A stretch of 64,000 bases of DNA from Rhodocyclaceae bacterium. GTDB lineage: Bacteria > Pseudomonadota > Gammaproteobacteria > Burkholderiales > Rhodocyclaceae. The notes below the pieces were generated by a model. It made no database searches. It saw only the letters and a program-made list of their open reading frames with translations, and had not been told where the DNA came from. This document shows, piece by piece, positions 10,744 to 19,795 of this stretch. Made by a program: the position numbers and the translations under genes. The stretch covers positions 10,941 to 74,940 of the forward strand of contig DAINDE010000009.1 of NCBI GenBank assembly GCA_036732025.1, read 5' to 3'. Positions within the stretch are counted from its first letter, which is position 1. Each line of letters begins with the position of its first letter.

Positions 10744-12561
10744 TTACTTTTGGGATATCTGGGGCGCGGCGTCTTCCTGCTGTTGCAACGCCCAGAGGCG
10801 GGCGTAGGCCCCGTCGGCCGCCAGCAGCGCTCCGTGGCTTCCCCGCTCGATGATGCGCCCGTCCTGCATCACCAGGATTTCGTCGGCGTTCATGACCGTA
10901 GACAGGCGATGGGCGATGACCAGGGTGGTACGGCCCCGGGCCGCCAGTTCCAGTTGGGCCTGGATGGCCTTCTCCGTCTTGGAATCCAGCGCCGAGGTCG
11001 CCTCGTCGAAAATCAGGATGGGGGGATTCTTGAGCAGGGTGCGGGCGATCGCCACCCGCTGCTTCTCCCCGCCGGAAAGCTTCAGCCCCCGTTCGCCGAC
11101 CCGGGACTCGTACTTCTGGGGCAGGGATTCGATGAAATCGTGCAACTGGGCGGCGCGGGCGGCGGCGTAGACCTCCTCGCGGCTGGCCTCGGGGCGACCG
11201 TACTGGATGTTGTAGAAAATGCTGTCGTTGAACAGCACCGTGTCCTGGGGAACGATGCCGATGGCCGCGCGCAGGCTGGCCTGGCGGAGGTGCCGCAGAT
11301 CGTGGCCGTTGATGCGGATGGCGCCGCCGCTGACATCGTAGAAGCGGTAGAGCAGCCGGGCCAGGGTGGATTTGCCGGCGCCCGAATGGCCCACCACGGC
11401 GACGGTACGCCCCGGGGCGATGGCGAAATCGACGCCGTCGAGGATCTGCCGCTCCTTCTCGTAGGCGAAGCGGACGCCCTCGAAATTCACCTGCAGCGGC
11501 CCGGCGGGCAGGTCGCGGGCATCGGGGGCGTCGGCGATTTCGCGGTGCTCCTGCAGCAGCTTGAACATGCGTTCGATGTCGGTGAGGGCCTGGCGTATCT
11601 CCCGGTACACCACCCCCAGGAAATTGAGCGGGATGTAGAGCTGGATGAGGAAGGCGTTCACCAGCACCAGGTCGCCGATGGTCATGGTGCCGGCGACCAC
11701 GCCGCTTGCCGCCCGCCACATCATGGCGGTGACGCCGAGGGCGATGATGGCCTGCTGGCCCAGGTTGAGGAGGGAGAGGGTGGTCTGGCTGCGGGTAGCG
11801 GCGTCCTCCCAGTGGCGCAGCTGCTCGTCGTAACGGCGGGCCTCGTACTCCTCGTTGTTGAAGTACTTCACCGTCTCGTAGTTGAGCAGGCTGTCGACGG
11901 CCCGGGTGTTGGCCGCCGAATCGGTTTCGTTCACCGTGCGCCGGATGTCGATGCGCCAGTTGCTCACCTTCACCGTGAACACGATGTAGGCGCCCAGCGA
12001 CAGCGCCGTGATGATGACGAAACCCGCGTCGTAGCGGACGAACAGGATGCCCAGCACCAGGGAGATTTCCACCAGGGTGGGCAGGATGGAGTAAAGGGTG
12101 TAGCTGATCAGGCTGGAGATCGAGCGCGTGCCCCGCTCGATGTCGCGGGAGACGCCGCCGGTCTGCCGTTCCAGGTGGAAGCGGAGCGACAGCGCATGCA
12201 GGTGGCGGAAGACCTCCAGAGCCACCTGCCGCACCGCCTGCTGGGTGACGCGGGCGAAGAGGATTTCCCGCAGCTCGGTGAACAGGGCCGTGGAAAAGCG
12301 CAGCGCGCCGTAGAGAAGGAGCAGCAGGATCGGCAGGGCGAGCAACTGCCGGGGTCCGGCGAGATCGTCGATCATCTCCTTGAAGACCATGGGCACGGCC
12401 ACGTTGGCCACTTTGGCGCCGACCAGGCAGGACAGGGCGAAGACGACCCGCAGCCGGTAATGCCAGAGGTAGGGGAAGAGGGTGCGGACGGTCAGCCAGG
12501 CGTGGGTCTGGGGCAGGGGCATGCCGGCCGGCGGCTTGGGGAGGGCGGAAGAGCGGCGCAT
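10744..12561 (-). CDS. ABC transporter, fused permease/ATPase (Atm1/AtmA-like exporter)
   Basis: 605 aa. Six-TM exporter domain, then GHSGAGKST (Walker A), LSGGEKQRVAIAR and ILIFDEATSALD. The overall N-terminal pattern resembles Atm1-type exporters; the subfamily call is from memory. Confidence 0.85.
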   Translation of the reverse strand: MRRSSALPKPPAGMPLPQTHAWLTVRTLFPYLWHYRLRVVFALSCLVGAKVANVAVPMVFKEMIDDLAGPRQLLALPILLLLLYGALRFSTALFTELREILFARVTQQAVRQVALEVFRHLHALSLRFHLERQTGGVSRDIERGTRSISSLISYTLYSILPTLVEISLVLGILFVRYDAGFVIITALSLGAYIVFTVKVSNWRIDIRRTVNETDSAANTRAVDSLLNYETVKYFNNEEYEARRYDEQLRHWEDAATRSQTTLSLLNLGQQAIIALGVTAMMWRAASGVVAGTMTIGDLVLVNAFLIQLYIPLNFLGVVYREIRQALTDIERMFKLLQEHREIADAPDARDLPAGPLQVNFEGVRFAYEKERQILDGVDFAIAPGRTVAVVGHSGAGKSTLARLLYRFYDVSGGAIRINGHDLRHLRQASLRAAIGIVPQDTVLFNDSIFYNIQYGRPEASREEVYAAARAAQLHDFIESLPQKYESRVGERGLKLSGGEKQRVAIARTLLKNPPILIFDEATSALDSKTEKAIQAQLELAARGRTTLVIAHRLSTVMNADEILVMQDGRIIERGSHGALLAADGAYARLWALQQQEDAAPQISQK

Positions 12562-12649
12562 GGGGGGAAGGGTTGGAGGGAGCGCTGCCAGTATATGAAA
12601 AAGCGCGCCATTCCGCGAAAATCCGAGTTTTGTCTACCAGAGGATCGTC

Positions 12650-13051
12650 ATGGCCGAAGAACCCGTCTCCCTCCCCGATGGTCCGCCCTCCCTGCGGGTG
12701 GTGCCCATGCCGGCGGATTCCAACCAGTTCGGCGACGTCTTCGGCGGCTGGGTCATGGCCCAGGTGGACGTGGCCGGCGCCATCCCCGCCATGCGCCGCG
12801 CCCGGGGGCGGGTGGCCACGGTGTCGGTCAACTCCTTCCTCTTCAAGCAGCCCATCTCCGTCGGCGACGTGGTCAGCTTCTACTCCGAGGTCGTTCAGGT
12901 CGGCCGCACTTCCATCACCGTCAATGTCGAGGTCTATGCCGAACGCAACTACGCGGCGCCGATCACGGTGAAAGTGACGGAAGCGCAACTGACCTACGTC
13001 GCCATCGATGCCAGCGGCAAAAAGCGGGACGTGCCGCCGGAAAGTGCGTAG
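12650..13051 (+). CDS. acyl-CoA thioesterase, hotdog fold (YciA-like)
   Basis: 133 aa. MPADSNQFGDVFGGWVMAQVDVAG...SVNSFLFKQPISVGDVV matches the YciA-type hotdog signature. Confidence 0.85.
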   Translation: MAEEPVSLPDGPPSLRVVPMPADSNQFGDVFGGWVMAQVDVAGAIPAMRRARGRVATVSVNSFLFKQPISVGDVVSFYSEVVQVGRTSITVNVEVYAERNYAAPITVKVTEAQLTYVAIDASGKKRDVPPESA

Positions 13052-13096
13052 AATCCGCAAGTTAAGACCATTACTTCGCGTGCTCGGGAATAAACG

Positions 13097-14299
13097 ATGA
13101 AAACCATGTCCATGCGTGTCCTGCCGGCCCTTCTGCTGGCCGCCTTTTCCGGCGGCGCCTCCGCCGCCGCCTTCCAGTTGTGGGAACAGAACGCCAGCGG
13201 CATCGGCACCGCCTACGCCGGTTCCGCCGCGGTGGCCGACAACGCCAGCACCATCTTCTTCAACCCGGCCGGCATGACCCAGCTGACCGGCCTGCGCCTG
13301 TCTGCGGGCGTGGCCGGCGTCAATGCCAACTTCAAGTTCAAGAACGAGGGCTCCACCCCCGTCGGCGGCGGCAACGGCGGCGACGCCGGCGGCGACTGGC
13401 AGGCCATTCCCAACGTCTACGTTTCCTGGCAGGTTTCCCCGCAATGGTTCGTCGGCCTGGGCATTTCGTCGCCCTTCGGCCTGTCCACCGAATACGATTC
13501 CAGCTGGATCGGCCGCTTCCACGCCATCGAATCCGAAATCCGGACCATCAACGTCAACCCCTCGGTGGCCTACCAACTCAACGACAAGGTCTCCCTGGGC
13601 TTCGGTCTCAATTACCAGAGCATCGACGCTAAGATGACCATGTTGGTGCCGTTAGGGCCGGTGCTCTACCGCCTTGAGGGAGATGCAGCATCATGGGGAT
13701 GGAATGCTGGCGCCCTGGTCACCCTCTCTCCTTCGATGCGGGTGGGGGTTTCCTACCGCTCCGGTGTGGAGCACAAGTTGGATGTGGAGCGCGACATTTC
13801 CGGATTTGCTTCACTAGATGGCAGCGCCAAGCTCAAGTTGCCGGGTACCTTCATCCTGTCCGTCTGGCAGCAGGTGTCCGACCGCTGGGAAGCCATGGGC
13901 GACCTCTCCTACACCGACTGGAGCACCGTCGATAAATTGAAGTTCAAGCACTTTGGTGGCGCCGACGTGGCTACTTTCAACTACAAAGATTCCTGGCGTT
14001 TCGCCTGGGGCGCTGCCTACAAGGCCAGCGACGCCTGGAAGGTCAAGTTCGGCATCGCCTACGACCGCACCCCCACCACCGATGGCAACCGCTCGCCCCG
14101 GGTGCCCGACAACAGCCGCATCTGGCTGTCCGTGGGCGGCCAATGGCGCCCGGCCAAGGAAACCACCGTCGACTTCGGCTACGCCTACCTCTACCTGCGG
14201 GATCCGGCCATCAGCCACACCAATGCGGCCGGCACCCTGCGCGGGCACTACAACGACAGCGGCCACGTCCTGGGCATCCAGTACTCCCAGGGCTTCTGA
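13097..14299 (+). CDS. outer-membrane hydrophobic-compound channel, FadL/OmpP1/TodX family
   Basis: 400 aa. Signal peptide ending ASAAAF, N-terminal hatch motif FQLWEQNASGIGTAYAGSAA, beta-strand-rich sequence and a C-terminal aromatic residue (GF). Confidence 0.88.
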   Translation: MKTMSMRVLPALLLAAFSGGASAAAFQLWEQNASGIGTAYAGSAAVADNASTIFFNPAGMTQLTGLRLSAGVAGVNANFKFKNEGSTPVGGGNGGDAGGDWQAIPNVYVSWQVSPQWFVGLGISSPFGLSTEYDSSWIGRFHAIESEIRTINVNPSVAYQLNDKVSLGFGLNYQSIDAKMTMLVPLGPVLYRLEGDAASWGWNAGALVTLSPSMRVGVSYRSGVEHKLDVERDISGFASLDGSAKLKLPGTFILSVWQQVSDRWEAMGDLSYTDWSTVDKLKFKHFGGADVATFNYKDSWRFAWGAAYKASDAWKVKFGIAYDRTPTTDGNRSPRVPDNSRIWLSVGGQWRPAKETTVDFGYAYLYLRDPAISHTNAAGTLRGHYNDSGHVLGIQYSQGF

Positions 14300-14323
14300 C
14301 GGGTCGCTCCGGAGCGGGGGAGC

Positions 14324-14821
14324 GTGGGAGGGGAACTGGGCGGCATCGTGATCGGCTGGCGCGAGCTTGTGCTGGCGGTCATCGCCGCCGTCGTCGCCTA
14401 CATGCTGGTGGTCGTGCTGCGCATGCGCCGCCTGCGCCAGCCGCCCCCCGTCGTTGGAGAGCCGGCGGCCGGCCAGCCACCAGCCGCAGAATTTTCCGCT
14501 CCACCCGAGGTGCCGCCGCTGGCGGAAGGGGCCGAGGAAGCGCCGGCGCCTGCGCCGGCCTTCGTCCAGGGCGTCGAGGCTGAAGTGCTGCAATTGCGCG
14601 AGGAGGTCGATGCCCTGCGCGGCGAAGTGGCCGCCCTGCGCGACGAATTGCACAACGAACTCGCCCACCTGCGGGCCACCCAGACGGTGTCACCCCTGTA
14701 CACGGATGCCATGCAGATGGCGACCCTGGGCCATGACGCGGCCACCATCGCCGAGCGCTGCGGCATTTCCCGGGCAGAGGCCGAACTGATGGTGGCGCTG
14801 GTCAAGAATCAGGAGCAGTGA
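14324..14821 (+). CDS. membrane-anchored protein, DUF2802-like
   Basis: 165 aa with GTG start. One TM, a coiled-coil stretch and a C-terminal helix-turn-helix-like block GHDAATIAERCGISRAEAELMVAL. The family name is from memory and the start is uncertain. Confidence 0.6.
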   Translation: MGGELGGIVIGWRELVLAVIAAVVAYMLVVVLRMRRLRQPPPVVGEPAAGQPPAAEFSAPPEVPPLAEGAEEAPAPAPAFVQGVEAEVLQLREEVDALRGEVAALRDELHNELAHLRATQTVSPLYTDAMQMATLGHDAATIAERCGISRAEAELMVALVKNQEQ

Positions 14822-14828
14822 GGAAACC

Positions 14829-15608
14829 ATGGCGGAAAACAATGGCAACGCAAAAGACGCTGAACTGCAGGGGGAGCTGAAGAAAAAGCTGGTCAAGCGC
14901 CTGGCGGTGGCGGCGGTCCTGGTGGCGGTGCTCCTCGCCGTCCTCGCCTTCTTCGACTACCTGGCGACGCCGGAAGAACCAGAAGAGCCGGCCACCTTCA
15001 ATCGTCCCGTCCCGGTGCCGCCCCAGAAGGAGCTGACCCAGCCGGTCAAGCCGGCGGAAAGCGCCGGGGAGCCGCCCAAGGCCGAAGCGCCTGCGGCAGA
15101 ACCCCCGCCGCCGCCGGTAGCGCCGGCCCCGGCCGAAACGACGCCGCCCGCGGTGGCCGCCCAGCCGGCCGTGCCGGCCAAGGAAGGGGCCCCGGCGCCG
15201 CGGATTGCGCCGTCGCGTCCAGCCCCAACCGCACCCGCCCGGGAAACGGCGCCAGCCGCCGTGCCCGAGCGCACCGAAGCGCCGGCGCCGGCAGCGGTGC
15301 CTTCCGTTCCCGACGAGGCGGCAGTTGCCGCCAAGCCGCCGGCCAGGATCACCGACCTGGCGCCCCGCCCCGCCGCCACCCTGCCGCGCCCGGCGACGGG
15401 TTACGTCCTGCAGGCGGGGGTCTTCGCCAGCGCCCAGCGGGCCGAGGAACTCCACGCCAAGCTGACCCTGAACGGCATCCCCTCCACCCTGGAGGCCCGC
15501 GTCCAGGTGGGGCCCTTCAAATCCCGCCAGGAGGCGGAAGCCGCCCGGGAAAAGATGAAGACCCTGGGCATCGAGGCGGTGCTCATCCCCCCCGCCGGCA
15601 AGCGCTAA
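14829..15608 (+). CDS. SPOR domain-containing protein (peptidoglycan-binding), Pro/Ala-rich linker
   Basis: 259 aa. One TM, a long P/A/E-rich linker and a C-terminal SPOR-like GYVLQAGVFASAQRAEELHAKL...VQVGPFKSRQEAEAAREKM. Confidence 0.85.
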   Translation: MAENNGNAKDAELQGELKKKLVKRLAVAAVLVAVLLAVLAFFDYLATPEEPEEPATFNRPVPVPPQKELTQPVKPAESAGEPPKAEAPAAEPPPPPVAPAPAETTPPAVAAQPAVPAKEGAPAPRIAPSRPAPTAPARETAPAAVPERTEAPAPAAVPSVPDEAAVAAKPPARITDLAPRPAATLPRPATGYVLQAGVFASAQRAEELHAKLTLNGIPSTLEARVQVGPFKSRQEAEAAREKMKTLGIEAVLIPPAGKR

Positions 15609-15940
15609 AGCGGCTCGGCGAGTTTCTTCTCCAGGCGCTTGCGGAAGACGCCCATTTCCTTGGCCGCCTGTACGTCCCCCTTGCCGGTGGCCACCTCGAT
15701 GCCCATCTCGTAGGCGGCCAGGGCCGCCCGGAGGTCGCCGGCTTCGGTCAGTGCCTTGCCCAGCAGCTTCCAGGCGGCCGAATACTGCGGATCGCGGGCC
15801 ACGGCTTCGCGCAGGTAGGCCGCGGCCCGGGCGCCATCCCCGGCCTTGAGGTATTCGTTGCCGATGGAGTAGCGCAGCAAGGGGCCGTCGCGGGGGCCGC
15901 CGAGCAGTTTTTCCAGGGTGGCGATGGCGGGCGTGCTCAT
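15605..15940 (-). CDS. tetratricopeptide-repeat protein
   Basis: 111 aa with TPR-like helices (GDGARAAAYLREAVARDPQYSAAWKLLGKALTEAGD). The 3' end overlaps the convergent SPOR gene by 4 nt. Confidence 0.7.
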   Translation of the reverse strand: MSTPAIATLEKLLGGPRDGPLLRYSIGNEYLKAGDGARAAAYLREAVARDPQYSAAWKLLGKALTEAGDLRAALAAYEMGIEVATGKGDVQAAKEMGVFRKRLEKKLAEPL

Positions 15941-15978
15941 TTAACATTCCTCCGTATTCTTCTTCCTGAGACCCTACC

Positions 15979-16359
15979 ATGAGCAAAACGATCATTTCCA
16001 CGCCCAACGCCCCCGCCGCCATCGGCACCTATTCCCAGGCCGTGCGGGTGTGCAATACCGTCTACATGTCCGGCCAGATCGGGCTGGACCCCGCCACCAT
16101 GCAGATGGTGGACGGCATCGACGCCCAGATCGTGCGCGTCTTCGAGAACCTCAAGGCGGTGGCCGAGGCGGCCGGCGGCTCGCTGGCCGACGTGGTCAAG
16201 CTCAACGTCTTCCTCACCGACCTGGCCAATTTTGCCAAGGTGAACGAGACCATGGCCCGGTATTTCAGCGAGCCCTTCCCGGCCCGCGCCGCCGTGGGCG
16301 TCAAGGAACTGCCGCGGGGCGCCCTGGTGGAAGCCGACGCGGTAATGCACTTAGTGTAG
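15979..16359 (+). CDS. ridA: RidA family reactive enamine/imine deaminase
   Basis: 126 aa. [22 protein letters not shown]...SGQIGLDP...[22 protein letters not shown] is collinear and equal in length with E. coli RidA as I recall it. The stop codon TAG 16357-16359 lies inside the left arm of the palindromic element. Confidence 0.93.
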   Translation: MSKTIISTPNAPAAIGTYSQAVRVCNTVYMSGQIGLDPATMQMVDGIDAQIVRVFENLKAVAEAAGGSLADVVKLNVFLTDLANFAKVNETMARYFSEPFPARAAVGVKELPRGALVEADAVMHLV

Positions 16360-16517
16360 TGCTGCACACTATTCGGCACATAAAACCGCGCCTTTGCCCC
16401 CGTGGCGGCGTTGCAAATCCTCGCGATACCAAATGGGTATCGCTGCGGTTTGTGCCTTGCCACAAGGGCAAATGCATCGGTTTTATTAAGTGCCTCATAG
16501 CGTGCAGCACTACACTA
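16352..16517. repeat. 166-nt imperfect palindrome with 16-nt perfect terminal inverted repeats (MITE/REP-like element or giant hairpin)
   Basis: The left end TAGTGTAGTGCTGCAC (16352-16367) is the exact reverse complement of the right end GTGCAGCACTACACTA (16502-16517). Inward pairing continues in blocks CTAT, GGCAC, ATAAAACCG, TTTGCCC, GTGGC and GCGATACC, down to a 5-nt apical loop at 16431-16435. Confidence 0.8.
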
Positions 16518-16522
16518 GCCAC

Positions 16523-18562
16523 ATGACGGCAGCGGGGGCGCCCGCTCCCATCCCGGCCTCGGAGGCCCTGCGCAGGAAGCTCGCCAAGCTGGGGCTGCAT
16601 ACGGTGGATGACCTGGTCGTCCATCTGCCCCTGCGCTACGAGGACGAAACCCGCATCGTGCCGGTGGCCGAAGCGCCCTGGGGTGAGCCGGTGCAGGTTG
16701 AGGTCACGGTGCTGTCCAGCGAGGTGCAGTTCCGGCCCCGCCGCCAGCTCGTGGTGCGCGCCCGGGACGCCAGCGGCGAAATCTGGCTGCGCTTCTTCAG
16801 CTTCTACCCCAACCAGAAGGCGATGCTGGCCGAGGGGGCACGCATCCGCGCCTTCGGCGAAGTGCGCAGCGGCTTCTTCGGCGCCGAGATGGTCCATCCT
16901 CGCTTCCACGCCGCCGGCGAAGGCGAGCCCCTGCCGGAAGGACTGACCCCCATCTACCCGACCACTGCGGGCGTCGGCCCGGCCACCCTGCGCAAGCTCA
17001 TCGGCCAAGCCCTGGCTGCCGCCGATCTGGCTGACACGGTGGATGAAGCGGCCCGCCACCGCCTGCACCTGCCGGGTTTCGCCCGCAGCCTCAGGTTCCT
17101 GCATGCCCCGCCGCCGGGCACGGCCCTCAACGCCCTGCTTTCCCGCAATCACCCGGCCTGGTTGCGGGTGAAGTTCGACGAAGTCCTGGCCCAGCAGCTT
17201 TCCCTGCGCCGAGCCTACCGGGCCCGGCGGGAGCAGGGGGCGCCGTCCCTGGTGCCGGCGGACGATCTCGCCGGCCGCCTGCGGGCGGCGCTGCCCTTTG
17301 GCCTGACGGACGCACAGCACCGGGCCGTGGCCGAGATCGCCGCCGACCTGGCGCGGCCCTATCCCATGCAGCGCCTCCTGCAGGGCGATGTCGGCAGCGG
17401 CAAGACCATCGTCGCCGCCCTGGCCGCCTGCCAGGCCATCGCCGCCGGCTGGCAGGCTGCCTTCATGGCCCCCACCGAAATCCTCGCCGAGCAGCACTAC
17501 CTGAAACTCAAGGCCTGGCTTGAACCGCTGGGCGTTCAGGTGGCCTGGCTCTCCGGCAGCCTCAAGGCGGCGGCCAAGCGGACCCAGCAGGCCAGGGCGG
17601 CGGCGGGCGCCCAACTGGTGGTGGGCACCCACGCCCTCATCCAGGACACCGTCGATTTCGCCCGCCTGGGCCTGGCCATCGTGGACGAGCAGCACCGCTT
17701 CGGCGTTGCCCAGCGCCTGGCCCTGCGCAAGAAGGGCGGCAACCCGCACCAGCTCATGATGTCGGCGACGCCCATCCCGCGCACCCTGGCCATGAGCTAT
17801 TACGCGGACCTCGACGTCACTGTCCTCGACGAGTTGCCGCCCGGGCGCACCCCGGTCAAGACCCGCCTGGTGGCCGACAGCCGCCGGGACGACGTGGTGG
17901 GCTTCGTCGACAAGCATGTGGCCGAGGGCCGCCAAGCCTACTGGGTATGCCCCCTGATCGAAGAGTCGGAGGCCCTGCAGCTGCAGACCGCCCAGGACAC
18001 CTACGCTCACCTGCAGGAAGACTTGCCCGGGCTGGCCATCGGTCTCGTCCATGGCCGCCTGAAGGCCGACGAGAAGCAGGCCACCATGGCCGCCTTCGCC
18101 GCCGGCGCCATTGACGTGCTGGTGGCGACGACGGTGATCGAAGTGGGGGTGGACGTGCCCAACGCTAGCCTCATGGTCATCGAGCATGCCGAGCGCTTCG
18201 GCCTTTCCCAGTTGCACCAGTTGCGGGGGCGGGTGGGGCGCGGGGCGCACGAATCGACCTGCGTCCTGCTCTACGCCCAGCCCCTGTCGGAGACGGCGCG
18301 GCAGCGCCTCAAGATCATCTTCGAGAACACCGACGGCTTCGAGATCGCCCGCCAGGACCTGCAATTGCGGGGGCCGGGGGAATTCGTCGGCAGCCGCCAG
18401 AGCGGCGTGCCCCTGCTGCGCTACGCCGATCTGGAACTGGACGCCGACCTGGTTTCCGCCGCCCGGGAGGTGGCGGAAACCATGCTCGACCAGGCGCCGG
18501 AACAGGCCGAACGCCACCTGCAGCGCTGGCTCGGCTCCCGCCAGGAACTCCTCAAGTCCTGA
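16523..18562 (+). CDS. recG: ATP-dependent DNA helicase RecG
   Basis: Wedge domain, then helicase motifs GDVGSGKT, DEQHRFG, SATPIPRT and LHQLRGRVGRG. The track start at 16490 lies inside the palindromic element, so the in-frame ATG at 16523 (MTAAGAPAP...) is preferred. The start is uncertain by 11 codons. Confidence 0.93.
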   Translation: MTAAGAPAPIPASEALRRKLAKLGLHTVDDLVVHLPLRYEDETRIVPVAEAPWGEPVQVEVTVLSSEVQFRPRRQLVVRARDASGEIWLRFFSFYPNQKAMLAEGARIRAFGEVRSGFFGAEMVHPRFHAAGEGEPLPEGLTPIYPTTAGVGPATLRKLIGQALAAADLADTVDEAARHRLHLPGFARSLRFLHAPPPGTALNALLSRNHPAWLRVKFDEVLAQQLSLRRAYRARREQGAPSLVPADDLAGRLRAALPFGLTDAQHRAVAEIAADLARPYPMQRLLQGDVGSGKTIVAALAACQAIAAGWQAAFMAPTEILAEQHYLKLKAWLEPLGVQVAWLSGSLKAAAKRTQQARAAAGAQLVVGTHALIQDTVDFARLGLAIVDEQHRFGVAQRLALRKKGGNPHQLMMSATPIPRTLAMSYYADLDVTVLDELPPGRTPVKTRLVADSRRDDVVGFVDKHVAEGRQAYWVCPLIEESEALQLQTAQDTYAHLQEDLPGLAIGLVHGRLKADEKQATMAAFAAGAIDVLVATTVIEVGVDVPNASLMVIEHAERFGLSQLHQLRGRVGRGAHESTCVLLYAQPLSETARQRLKIIFENTDGFEIARQDLQLRGPGEFVGSRQSGVPLLRYADLELDADLVSAAREVAETMLDQAPEQAERHLQRWLGSRQELLKS

Positions 18563-19418
18563 AGAAATCCTCGATCAGCCGTGCGGTGGCTTCCGGCTGG
18601 TCGTGGTGCAGCATGTGGCCGGCATCGTCGATCCAGCATTCCTCGACCTGGGCGAAGCAGGCCCGGCGGGCTTCCCAGTCGCCGGGGCGGGCGGCGAATT
18701 CCCTGACCACCCAGGATTCCCGCCCGGCCACCCAGCGTACCGGGCAGGTGACGCGGCGCCAGACGGCCATGGATTCATCGAGCTGGAAGAGGTAGGGGCC
18801 CGGGGCCTTGTGCCAGGGGTCGCCGTTCCACACCACGCCGCCGTCGGCCTCCCGCGCCAGGTGCTCGGCCAGGAAGGAGGCCCGCTCCGCGGTCAGAAAA
18901 CGGTCGTCGCGCAGCAAGCGGGCGGCGAAGGCGGCGCGATCGGCATAGACGTGCATGCGGGGCGGCGACGGCAGTGCCGCCAGCCACTTGCGGAAGCGTT
19001 CCGGGGCCATGTCGGGTGTCGACGGGGCAATGCCGAAACCTTCCAGACTGACGACGCCCGCCACCCGGTCCGGGCGGATGCCGCCATAGAGGCAGGCAAC
19101 GATGCCGCCCATGCTGTGCCCGGCCAGGCGGGCTGGCTCCTGGGGGGAGTAGTGGTGCAGCAGGCCGTCCAGGTCGGCCACATGGTCTGCGAAGTAGTAG
19201 GGCCGGTGCAGCCATTGGGACAGGCCGAAGCCCCGCCAGTCGGGGGCGATGACATTCCACTTTCGGGCCAGGGCATCCACGGTGAATTGGAAGGAAGCGG
19301 AAACATCCATCCAGCCGTGCAGCAGGAAGAGGGCGGGGGCGGCCGGATCGCCCCAGTGCCGGACGTGCAGGCGGATGAAGGGCAGATCGAGGAATTCGGA
19401 ACGGGAAGCGGCGGGCAT
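18552..19418 (-). CDS. alpha/beta-fold hydrolase
   Basis: LFLLHGWMDVSASFQ and nucleophile elbow LAGHSMGG, with C-terminal DDAGHMLHHDQPE. The track ORF begins at 19523, but the first 35 codons are compositionally odd and span a strong hairpin, so ATG 19418 is preferred. No clear SD precedes either start. The gene overlaps the recG 3' end by 11 nt. Confidence 0.8.
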   Translation of the reverse strand: MPAASRSEFLDLPFIRLHVRHWGDPAAPALFLLHGWMDVSASFQFTVDALARKWNVIAPDWRGFGLSQWLHRPYYFADHVADLDGLLHHYSPQEPARLAGHSMGGIVACLYGGIRPDRVAGVVSLEGFGIAPSTPDMAPERFRKWLAALPSPPRMHVYADRAAFAARLLRDDRFLTAERASFLAEHLAREADGGVVWNGDPWHKAPGPYLFQLDESMAVWRRVTCPVRWVAGRESWVVREFAARPGDWEARRACFAQVEECWIDDAGHMLHHDQPEATARLIEDFFRT

Positions 19419-19795
19419 GGGGAGGCGGGAGGGGGCTCGGCAATAACGATAGCACCGCCCCGGCAAGTTTTCCCGGCCCTGAAAAGGCGGAAGCCCCGGA
19501 TTGGGGGAACCCGGGGCTTCCATGGCGACCGTTTTTTGGGGGGAGGGGAACGGTCGCCGAGGGGGGAGGTTACAGGCCGAAATGCTTGCGGGACGCGGCG
19601 AGGAATGCTTCGATCACTTGCTCGTCCAGGTCTGCGGGGCCTGTGTTGTTCGGCATGGGTAGAAGATAAGGGCGGGGCGCGCCAGGTTCAAGTAACGGTT
19701 TGCAACAGCGTGTAGCAGGCGGTAAGCGGGGCCGCCCGCGCCGCATTTCCCCGGCTTCGTGATAGCCTAACGGCCTTCGTTCCATCCATTTGATC

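Noticed and set aside
7972-13065. 1697-aa plus-strand ORF, the longest in the track.
   Set aside because: It runs antisense to three well-supported minus-strand genes (CHASE kinase, ABC exporter) and across the thioesterase gene in another frame. Its translation is low-complexity G/A/R/P/D-rich with no motifs. This is the typical stop-codon-poor antisense frame of GC-rich DNA.
14950-15380. Highly repetitive-looking Pro/Ala-rich DNA (many GCC/CCG repeats) that might be a tandem repeat or array.
   Set aside because: It is the low-complexity linker of the SPOR protein. I could find no exact periodic unit, and the reading frame stays open and continuous with the flanking TM and SPOR domains.
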